This document shows, in pieces, positions 54,030-64,000 of a stretch of DNA of 64,000 nucleotides. Numbering within the stretch: position 1 is the first letter of the stretch; the number at the start of each line of letters is the position of its first letter. This DNA comes from Lama glama (taxonomy: Eukaryota): assembly GCA_028534125.1 (NCBI GenBank), contig CM052817.1, forward strand, positions 95,606,001 to 95,670,000. Reading direction: 5' to 3'. The translations under genes and the position numbers were made by a program. Under the pieces are notes generated by a model. It was given only the letters and a program-made list of their open reading frames with translations. It had not been told where the DNA came from and did no database searches.

Positions 54030-55100
54030 ATCCAAGCAACAAGCAACAAAAGAAAAGAGATAAGTTGGTTTATATCAAAACTAAAACCTTTGGTGCTTCA
54101 AATTATACCGTCAAGAAAGTGAAGGGACAATCACCGAGAAAGGAATTGCAAATCATACATCTGACAGAGACTTACATCCAGAATATATAAGGAACTTTTA
54201 CAACTCATGAGTAAAAAGATAATTAAAAAGTGGGAGGACTCGCATAGACATTTCTCCAAAGAAGATATACAAATGGCCAACAGGCACATGAAAATATGCT
54301 AAACATCATTCGTCATCAGGGAAATGCAAATCAAAACCGCAACGAGATACTAGTTCACACCCAGCATGATGGCTATAATAAAAAAGAGAGACAATAACAA
54401 CTTTTGGCAAGGATGTGGAAAAACTGGAACTTTCAGCCTTTGCTGTAGGGGATATAAGATGGTGCAGCCGCTTTGGGAAACAGCTTGGCAGTTTCTCAAA
54501 ATGTTAAACATAGAGTTACCATTTGACATGGTAATTCCACTTGCAGGTTTATACTCAAGAGAAACAAAACATATGTCAACCCAAAAACCTGCACAGGAAT
54601 ATTTTTATCAGCCAAAGTTCGACAGCAATCCAAATGTTCAACAATGGATGAATGGACAAACAAAATGTGATACATCTGCTTTATGCCACGTGTAAAACTA
54701 GTGTTGGTATATCCAGCCCAATAATATCCAATGGAATATTATTCAGCCCTAAAAAGGAATAAAGCACTGATGCATATCACAACATAGGTGAGCCTTGAAA
54801 ACATTATGCTAAGAGAAAGAAGCCACTACATAATTACACTCACTTGGAATGTCTAGAATAGGAAAATAATATATTGAGACAGACAGATCAGGGGCTGGGA
54901 GGGTACTGAGGGCCGAGGGTGGTAAGGAGTAACTGCCAATGGGTACAGAGCTTTTTGGGGGGTGATGAAAATGTTCTGTGATTAGATGTAATGGTGTTTG
55001 CACAACTCTGTGAATATGCTAAAATCCATGGAATTGCACACTTTAAATGGGCAGATTTTATAGTATATGAATTATATCTCAATAAAGATGTTTAAAAAAA
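54030..55100 (+). mobile_element. L1MB-like 3' fragment, about 1.07 kb
   Basis: catttctccaaagaagatatacaaatggccaacaggcacatgaaa...catcagggaaatgcaaatcaaaacc (ORF2); LVQPLW-like remnant in ORF 54366; ends tatctcaataaag. Confidence 0.9.
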
Positions 55101-55120
55101 GCAATTTAGAAGTTCCCTCA

Positions 55121-55233
55121 GTTGGAGGTAGGGAATACAGCTCAGTGGTAGGGCTCGTGCTTGGCAAGCACAAGGTCCTGGGTTCAATCCAGTGCCTCCA
55201 TTAGAGGGAACTTTTTTTTTAATTAAAAAAGAA
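55121..55233 (+). mobile_element. tRNA-derived SINE (camelid Vic-1-like)
   Basis: cagctcagtggtagggctcgtgcttggcaagcacaaggtcctgggttcaatcc; TSD aagttccctc. Confidence 0.85.
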
Positions 55234-56015
55234 AGCAAGTTCCCTCGAAAACAGAACAAGTGAAAAAGAGCATTTTTCAATTTCAGACTGCCATTTGACA
55301 TTTTTATGCTTTCAAATTCCTCAGTACCATGCATCTGTCAATGTGATAAATAGACAACATCAATAAAATAAATAAAACACCTTTTTTTAACTGATACTTC
55401 TAAATTACTCTCAAACTCTTTTATAGCTTTGCTAACATGTCCACCTGCTCACCCTAGGAGTGAGCTCCAACTTTGAACCGGATGGAAGCAAGTAGAACCA
55501 CAGAACTAGGTAACACCAAGCCTCTCAGGTTCTGCCCACCATTCAATTAAATAACTAGGAAGTGAGGGAGGGGAATGTGAAATAACATTAATGTAAGACG
55601 AAAAGCCTGATTTTCCATCCTTGCAGATTATGACTGAAGTCAGACTGAAGTCACAGCTTATGCAGTTTGCTAGACTACAATTTTCCAAGGGAGAAATACC
55701 AAATAGATGACTGACTTGGTTTTGCCCTGAGAAGTTATTTAGGTAAAGTCTCTCGTTTATCTCAAAGAGTTCTCTGGAATAAAAGAGCCTCCGATGTGAT
55801 CTTTGATTTGTTGGCGGTGGGGGTGGGGAGCTTTTTCCTCCTAAAAGAACACACACACCACCCAGGAATAATCAACACATTTAACAGCAAAGAACATTGA
55901 AAAAAGTAGTATTATCTGAGGCTCACAACCAAGACTAGCTTGATTCATCAGGCACATGTTCCCTTCAGAAAAAGGTTCCCAGTTACCATTATTTCATAAT
56001 AAATTAAAAAGAATC

Positions 56016-56252
56016 AGAGGCAGGGGCAGGTGGACAGATAAATTAGGAGTTCAGGATTGAGATACATAAAATAGATAAACAACTATCTTTTGTTTATAGC
56101 ACAGGGAACTATATTCAATATCTTGTAATAGTCTATAGTGAAAAAGAATATATATATATATATATGTATATGTATATTTATAACTGAATCACTATGCTGT
56201 ATACCAGAAACTAACACTACATTGTAAATCAAGTATACTTTGCTTAAAAAAA
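56016..56252 (+). mobile_element. Short L1 3' end
   Basis: gataaattaggagttcaggatt...agcacagggaactatattcaatatcttgtaata...polyA; TSD aaaaagaatc at 56006 and 56253. Confidence 0.88.
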
Positions 56253-56699
56253 AAAAAGAATCTTCACTGGGGAGAGATGATTCTTTTTAAAAAGTAAAAT
56301 GTGCATTTAAAATAGCTTTCTTCTCTGTCAGCTTCAACCTAATGCGCTCTTTTCAGATGGACAAAACTTACTTCTCCAGCGAACCATTTCCTCGGCACCG
56401 TGCTTCTCAAAACCTAGCTTTCAGAATCTCTTCCAGCGCTTGTAAAAAGAGAAAAACCTCAGAGTTTCAGCTGGGTCCACAGGAGGCCTCACGAATTGGC
56501 ATCTCTATCACTTCCCATGGTCTGAGGACCACACTTGGAGAAGCATTGCCTTAGCACATCCAGAGTGGGTGCTGGCTGGGCAGTTTTCTCCAAGACTCCA
56601 CCCGAAAGGAAAGGCCACAACACATTTACCTTCAATATTTAAGTAACAGTAATTAATTACCATTATCTGCTCCTCAAACTTTTGGGGTTCATACATATT

Positions 56700-57180
56700 G
56701 CTTATCTTTCTGGTCTCACAGCACCCCCACCCAAGGTACCTTTCTGGGGACCCGTCTCCTCCTGGCATGTCTGCCCATCATGCCCTCGCCCCTCGATACA
56801 GTAGAAGTTTCCACCGGGGGACCCTGATCGGAGCTGAGGCGATCGGCTAGAATTTGGGATTGGGATTAAGAAATTTCTGTTCAGCTGCTCTTTGGAACAA
56901 GAAGTATACTCAGAAGCTGTTGGCAATTGCCATTTTCCACCCTGTGGGTTGGGTACCAGGAAAAGTCCATGTGGATGCCCAGAGAAGCAAGATGAGCCAG
57001 GGTCCCCCGAGTCCCCCCGTCCCTGGCTTCAGTGGAGGCCGGACACCCTCTTGCATCCCTGCCCTTGGGCTCATCCCGTAAGTCAACCCCAAACCTGCAC
57101 CTTCTATTCGATTCTTTTTTCCTGCCTCAACTGGCTGAAGAGGACTTGTTACTCACAACCAGAAGCTCTAATTGTTAACA
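56700..57180 (+). mobile_element. Ancient MaLR LTR relic (MLT1K/L-like)
   Basis: gaagctgttggcaattgccatttt...gttactcacaaccagaagctctaattgttaaca resembles old MLT1 termini. Confidence 0.45.
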
Positions 57181-60100
57181 AAGTCACCCTCTGGGTACCT
57201 TTCCTCTCTGCTCCAGTTCACCTCAGAGATGGAATTCGCCTTAAAAACTTCATCTTACAAGTGTACCTGCCTCTAAGTATCTCTGAGCCAAAACCCGATC
57301 TTCCATAGGTGACTCCCATCCCTATGTATTTCAGATCCAAGTCCTGCTCGATCCCTCTATAAGCAGCAACTGTAATGCATATTCCTCTCTAAGACCAGGC
57401 AGGGACAAGTGAATACAAATCAAGAATGAATGTAAATCCACGTGGTTCCCTTCTCTGAGCACAGGAATAAGAAAACCAATAGATGCATTTCAAATGAAGG
57501 TCTAATGTGAAGTTTTTTGGACCATGTTAGATCAACTCCAATGTTTAATTTTTCATTAGCATTTTTGAGTAACTCCAGCTTTCCAGCTACTTATTTTTGT
57601 GGAATTCATATCTTTATATGGCATTCTGATCAGCTACTTCTTGGTGCAACCATACACAAGATTTTACACACGCATGCTCAAAGGGAGAGAAAGGGGCATT
57701 TCTTTGTCTTGTTAAGTCTAGTTACTTCTCTTTTTTTTTTCTTTTTCTTTTTAGTGGATTTACAACATAGCTACTTCTCTTAAAGCACAACAGAGACAGA
57801 GCAGATAAAACTCTGTCATTTAGAGCACTACGTCACATCTCTGATAACACATTTGCTCCTTAAGTTTTCCAAGTCACTAAGCGTTGCAAAACCAGGTTAA
57901 GAGTGACTTGATTCTCTTAGTCTGTCTAAGTTATATAGCCCCTGTATTGGACTTCAGGATTTTGGCCTCCTTGAATCAAGACTTCTGGAAGTTATCTTTG
58001 GCAACTCTACGCTGAGCAGAAACGTCTGATTATCTTGGCTGCCTTGTGTCACGTAACAACAGGTAGTCCCAGACACCCAGTGGTTTCCTTAGAGTGGGTT
58101 GCTTTCTTTATGGTAATCAATTTCCTTGGCCCAGCTGTCAGGCACTTGACTCCCCAGTTAACGCCTGGAAATCAGACTTGAGCCACCAGGAAGGCAGAAC
58201 ACTCAGATTTTCCCAAACACACAGTTAATGAAAAATTCTAGCCTGGCCGCTAACATCTCTGTTTTTCTCATAAAATACAAATGTCAATTTGGAAAACAAT
58301 ATGCCTACAGAGGTTTCTCCACGCAGAAAATTTGCACATGATATTTAACCTGGACATGTGCCCAACATCCATCTGAAGGAGTTAACATAAATGAATTTAA
58401 AACCGGAAATGAAGCAGTTGAGATTGTTGACTAGCTTCCTCTTGTTAATTCAAATGAAAAGACTGAAAGCGCCTGAACTACAGATTCTGACATCTAATCT
58501 CAGAGAAATAAGTAACAGAGAAGAAAAATCCTTTTACTCCACATCTTAGCTATTCCTTGGGTCAAAACTGAAAGAAGGGGAAAAAAAAAGTATGATAATA
58601 GACGGGACGTACTTTTTTCTCACCCAGCTCTTCGCAACCAAACAGATTTTCCCCAGCAGGACAGAAGGCTGTGAATGAAAATTAGCGAGGCTGGAAGCAC
58701 TAGGGAGTCCCACTCACAGGAGTGCCTGCAGCAAGGCTTTGGGGTACCAGGTAAGGTGAGCCTGGAGCATCCCTGATCACCTGCACAGATGCTTTGGGAA
58801 ATGAATTATTACTCTTTTTCCATAAAGGGACAGGAAGTATCATGGGAAAGGGGGCCTGAAGACACTGATAGGTCCTTTATGCAGATGGCTTTCAGGGCAT
58901 GATCATTAAAACTACTAAAATTACAACGTGAAGAAAGAGAGCATAGGAAATTTTTTCCTAACATCTTCCCTCTTCCAAGAGCCCTGATCTCCCCGTGATT
59001 AGAAACTCTCCTGTCCACTTTGAACCTAATAAAGGATGAGTCCTCTTTACCTTGAGGCTTAGGAATGAAAAGACATTTGTTTTTGAAGTCACACTCCTAT
59101 TTTTAGGACTAACTTGGAAACATCTTCGCAGTTTACTGACCACAGTCTGCTAGACTGGAGAAGTATGAAGTTTCCAGAGCAAAGCACTTATTGAATGGAT
59201 TCCATCGCCCTGGACTGCTTCTGACCTAAACCACAAGCGTCTGCAAGGTGGGGACAGTGATGCCTACTTCCTTGACCTAAGTCTCTCGCACACAGAATGC
59301 TGGGAAATTTTTTCAGGGCCAAACAGTAGTTTTCTTAGTTTTCAAACAAGTTTTCACTTCCACACCATGAAGCAGGGCAGATGCCCTTTGGAAATCGGAC
59401 CATGTCATCCATTTGACTACTCCTGAACCCCACAGCATCCGTACTCACTCACACTCAGCATGAACATTCAGAAGAGCCACTGCTGACCACAAATGTCATT
59501 AAATGTGCACGGCTGCCTAGCCGTCTTGCATTTCAGGGATCTCATTACGACTCAGGAAATGATTTCAGACTTCATTGTCCCAAATCGCATCATCCAAAAG
59601 GACTGAGATAAAATGCTCTCCTCAGAGAACATCTTCCCTGAAACCTCATTGCTCCACATTATCCAGCCTCCTCTGCTCACAATACGCTCCGCACAGCAAA
59701 CTCTGAAACAGAAACATTACACACTGGAATCTTACCATCAGGAGGAGACAGGAGTCGCTGTTGGAAGGGAGTGAAAGTCATAATGTGAGAGTCAGTGTTA
59801 ACGGGAGAAGACTCAGAGCTGCCGCGTGACCTCTCGGAATTGACTATTAAAACACCAGACAGATTCCTGAACGTTACCAAGACCTTCTGACTCAGGAGGG
59901 AGGGTTCAAACATGAAAATATGTTGGTTTGGAAATCACTTTTGTAAACTTTCAGCTTTTAGCAATTAGCACAGCCTTGCTAGATCTCCCATTTCCACAGG
60001 AGAAACGGCACTATGGATGCGAAGGTCAGAAAAATGGGGCTACAATACGGATATGATCATTGTTATTATGCTTCATCTGTAACAAACCATGTTCCCCTGC

Positions 60101-61182
60101 AGTTCCAGTGTGTTTTTAAATTAACATCAAAGGAAAGAATTCTTAACCCCACCAACTGGCAAATACAGGAATTTCAACCGTTCTGACATAACAATTCTAA
60201 TTAAACAATTAATTTCAAACTTCCCAATCTACTGGTCAACCAGAAACACAGGCTCTCTGGTGAAATTACACAGGGACCAAGTCTCCCTAAAATATTTCTT
60301 GCTTTTATCCTCCAAGCACAGCAAGTTACAAACTGAAAACAGCTTTTGCTTCATAGTAGCATTCTGAATATAGTTTCCAAAAATTATCTTTTAGCAGCAG
60401 AGAACTACAGATGGGATGTGACATGATAAGTAGTATTATTGATACAGCTTTTCTTTCCACCTTTTCAAAGTCAGACCTCTAAATTTAAAATACACTGAAG
60501 TTTTACCTGTTCTGAAGGGGATGGGGCAAATAGGAGACTGAGTGGAAAAAAATCCAAAATGCATGGATTTCAAATTATAACCCATTTTGCCAGCATTTGA
60601 TATGCTGAAATTACATTTTGATACTAATAAAAATTATTCATCTATCTTAAGAATTGAGATTAATTATTATAGTATTTCATTATGAAATTTTCTATTTATA
60701 AAATCTCATTGCTACTCTACTGGTAATTACTTCAAGTGCTATCTCGATGGCTTATTAAGTTCAGAAAAATATCTTTAATGGTTCTTAAAGCATATAGTAT
60801 AAAAACACCACAAAATGCAAGGTCCTCGGCTATGAAAGAACAGATATTTTGATCAATTAACAGAAGTGCTTTGAATGTCATTAGAACCCATTTAAAATGA
60901 TGACCCACATCATCTTAGAACGCACCAGTGTTTTCCAACAGTTCGCAGTCATCTTCAGGAATAGGGGGTGTATTTAATAAGACAGATACATGGCTAACAT
61001 CCGCAAACAAATTCAGACACACAACACAGGAATGTAAGCCAAGGAACCCAACCATTCCTGAATTCACCATTATAATGTGATATTGCTGCCGTTCGGCTAA
61101 TTAATAAACTATGCGGGAAGCAGCCCAGTTGGCTTGCAAGTGAAGGTACCAGAATGTGAATATTTTAGGATAGATCGAGTAC

Positions 61183-61416
61183 CTGATAGTTTCATGAGAA
61201 GTTCAGATGCTGCTTTGACTGACATATCCCGCCTTAGAACACTGCCCTTCGCTTCCTGGGGCTTAAGTGCGTCCTCAGAGATGCTTGGGGCCGGCACGTC
61301 TGACTCCGGGCTGAACACATAGCTGGACCGAGGCAAGGTGGCACCTAGGGCCTCCTCCTCCTTGGGCTCCTCTTTCACTTTAAAATTAAGATTCATGGGC
61401 TCCTTCTGATTTGCAG
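61183..61416 (-). CDS. ZNF827: ZNF827 internal coding exon, 234 nt, phase 1-1: (A)ANQKEPMNLNFKVKEEPKEEEALGATLPRSSYVFSPESDVPAPSISEDALKPQEAKGSVLRRDMSVKAASELLMKLS
   Basis: Acceptor ccctttcttcttttgacag|CTG, donor TCAG|gtactc; open frame within ORF 61109..61450; peptide recognised as ZNF827. Confidence 0.95.
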
Positions 61417-62034
61417 CTGTCAAAAGAAGAAAGGGATTATACACATACACGTCAATGGAAGGCCACTCCCGCTCTTAGCTGCTCCCACCTGAAGGAAGTA
61501 TGGAACACGCAGTCACATCATGCTAACACAAGAGGGACCACGACCTGCTCAAAACAGGCTCAGCCTTGGGCACAAAAATACCAGACGCTCCCTGAGCGTA
61601 GGATGCGGAAGACTGTGGGCTTCTGAATCTTTTGAACCTACTTTAAAAAGTGCTGCCTCTACAAAGTGTTCGGACATCTCTTCGATCTCCCTCAGTGTGT
61701 TCTTTCCTGTATGTGCGGCTGCCCCTCTGACCTGTTGGCACTCTCCCTCTCTAATCCTATTACAGAATAATGCTTCCAGACTTATTCTGCCATAAAATAT
61801 CAACTATAAGCATGAGTCAGAGGCAGCCCCCAAAGCAAAAAACCTAGCATGAGGTGGTGAGGTGAGGATGGAGAATTTGCCGAAGAGAAAAGCTCAGAGA
61901 AGCGATGTCCCGCTTTGCCCTCTAAGCTGATGCCACCGTCCCACAAACGGTGGGGCGCGCACTTGGCATTGTTTCTTCTGGTCCATGTCTGTAGCCCAAG
62001 TCAACTGAGTCCACAATGGGCATTTTTAAAAGAA

Positions 62035-62260
62035 GTATTTTTACTTTGGAATAATTTTAGATTTGCAGAGCAGTTGCAAAGCTGATTCAGAGAGTTCCCA
62101 TACAGCCCTTCACCCATTGTTCCCAACGTCAGCATCTTACGTAACCACAGTGCGTAACCACGGTGCATTTGTCCGAAGGGAGAAATTCACATCACTGTGA
62201 TCTAAGGCCCAGGTTTTATTCAGATTTCAACAGTTTTTCCACCAGTGTCCTTTTTCCATT
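62035..62260 (-). mobile_element. Old L1 (L1MC/MD-like) 3'UTR fragment
   Basis: ttggaataattttagatttgcagagcagttgcaaa...cagagagttcccatacagcccttcaccc. Confidence 0.65.
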
Positions 62261-63086
62261 TTTAGCATAGTTGGCTGCTATGGAGTGTGTGGTCAGGGCA
62301 GAGCTAACTGGCCTATTACTGGAAGGATCCCGTGGTTTGGCTACACTGTATCAGGCCTTCACCCACTGAGCTACATACTGCTTCTCGGTCTTTCCCCAGA
62401 AAATAAGATAAGAAGATAAGCAACCTCTTCTACCCCTTGTCACGTTCACAGGCATCTTGCGCCCCTTGAAGGGCCGTGGAGTAGGAACTTTAGGTTGCTT
62501 ATATTAGGTGTGTTTGCATTTTGAGAAAGAAGTTCCCATCCTAGTACAGGGTTCTTAGAAATGCTTACTAGAATGAGCCTTAAGCCCACTCCTGCTTAAC
62601 AACAACAAAAAGAATGAAAATAAATTTCCAAAGTAAACACCCATCACCCCTTATCCACTACTTGCTCCCGGCCACCATACAGGCACAAAGCTTTCTTTCT
62701 ACCTCATGGCCCTCTGAGAATAGATGCTACGGAGTCACAAGTTCACAAAGACCAGCACAGTTGGAAACCGGAACCCGGAGGGCTAAAGTGACCCTTGGAA
62801 GTTTTACTACCAGAAAGATGAAGAGTTAGGACTAGAACCACATCCATGGGCTGCCCATTTTATGTCCCTTACCTGCCTCCACACCACTCCGTCTCTGGTC
62901 CCTGTGCTACAACCGCACTTCAATCTAACTTGACCTTCAAGTCTTTGCTAAAATACCACCTTCCCAATGAAGAGCCTGACCATCCTGATGAAAACTGCAA
63001 CTCCCACCCCACAGTATACCCACTCTCTCTTACCTGACTCTAGTTTTCCTTTTTTTCCCCAAAATATTTATCACTGGATAACATCC

Positions 63087-63460
63087 TGCTATGGATTGAA
63101 CTGTGTCTGCCCCACCTCCCAAATACATGTTGAAGCCTTAATCCTTACTGTGATTGTACTGGGAGACAGGGAGGTACTTAAGTTAAATATAGCCATTAGG
63201 GTGCGGCCCCAATCCAGCATGTCTGGTGTCCTGATAACCAGAGAGACACGAGGGATGTGCTCACACAGAGGGAAGACCCCGTGAGGACACAGCAAGAGGC
63301 GGCGACCTTCGAGTCAAGGAGAATCCAAATCTCAGGAGAAACCAAATCTGCCAGCACGTTGATCTTGGACCTCCAGCCTCCAGAACTGTGAGAAATCAAT
63401 TTCTGTTGTTTAAGCCAAGTCTGTGGTGTTTTGTTACAGCAGTCCAAACAGACTAATCCA
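63087..63460 (+). mobile_element. MaLR LTR (MLT1A/B-like) inserted in an L2 relic (L2 about 62930-63086 and 63461-63630)
   Basis: tgctatggattgaactgtgtc...ttggacctccagcctccagaactgtgagaaatcaatttctgttgtttaagcc...gactaatcca; flanking cctggcacatagtaggtgctcaa is the L2 3' end. Confidence 0.85.
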
Positions 63461-64000
63461 TACTATCTAACTTTCTTATTTATTGTATTAACCATTTATG
63501 GTCTGTTTCTTCAACTCCAGGGGAGGCTTCATGAAGGCAATGATCTTTATTCTAACACTGATGTAACTCAAGTTCCTAGAACAAGGCCTGGCACATAGTA
63601 GGTGCTCAACATACACTGGCTGAATGAACAAAACATGCTGGCCGAAAATCAGTGACATCTGTTGGCACTCTGTTACTACCTGTAGTGGACAGAAACTACG
63701 AATCCCAAAATATTCCACCAAAGGCGATCGGAAGTGCTTTCCCCAGATCTGATCATTCCACTGGGGATACGACCTTCCAGATAAAGTTAAAAGCTTTGCT
63801 ACCATACCACAGTGCTGACTAAGGTGTTTCTGAATGGTCACTTAGGCTCTGGCATCACCAAAGGAGGAACCCAGAAAAATCTCAGGGAAACTGCTGAAAA
63901 TCTAACCCTTTGGAGACAGCGCCATTGGAATTTGAGCCAGAGGAAACAAAGACCATTTCTAGAAGAATCATTAAGCATGCATTTCCAACCTCTACAGAAG

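Larger units (their letters stand above)
1..64000 (-). other. ZNF827: Internal part of the ZNF827 transcription unit (4 coding exons plus introns; gene extends beyond both window edges)
   Basis: Four minus-strand exons join in frame into A-ANQKEPMNLNFKVKEEP...ASELLMKLS-A-ESYKDTQMVKIKEEP...ASELLFQLS-E-KVSKEHNHTKENTVRTTT-S-PFFSED...HGRISAP, which I recognise as the ZNF827 central region. First and last exons begin and end in phase 1, so more exons are needed on both sides. Confidence 0.93.

Overview
Mammalian intragenic DNA, very probably camelid, because it carries seven tRNA-derived SINEs of the camelid Vic-1 type. The whole window lies inside ZNF827 on the minus strand. Four internal coding exons splice in frame with canonical GT-AG sites, in transcript order 61416-61183 (234 nt), 37907-37668 (240 nt), 35299-35242 (58 nt) and 18307-18204 (104 nt). 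They encode the linker between the zinc-finger clusters; the start codon, stop codon and zinc fingers lie outside the window. The rest is intron containing 5'-truncated L1 ends, SINEs, MIR/L2 relics, MaLR/ERVL LTRs, one intact ERV1-like solo LTR, Tigger1- and MER20-type DNA transposons and microsatellites. Almost all listed ORFs are spurious or L1-derived. I found no clear new biological system. The best leads are a duplicated exon-encoded module in ZNF827 (SUMO motif plus putative corepressor helix), a CpG-rich but AT-rich ~330 bp segment coinciding with a 93-codon orphan ORF, inverted SINE sets flanking two exons, and a few motif-dense candidate regulatory elements. Gene and repeat names come from recognition by eye, not database searches.
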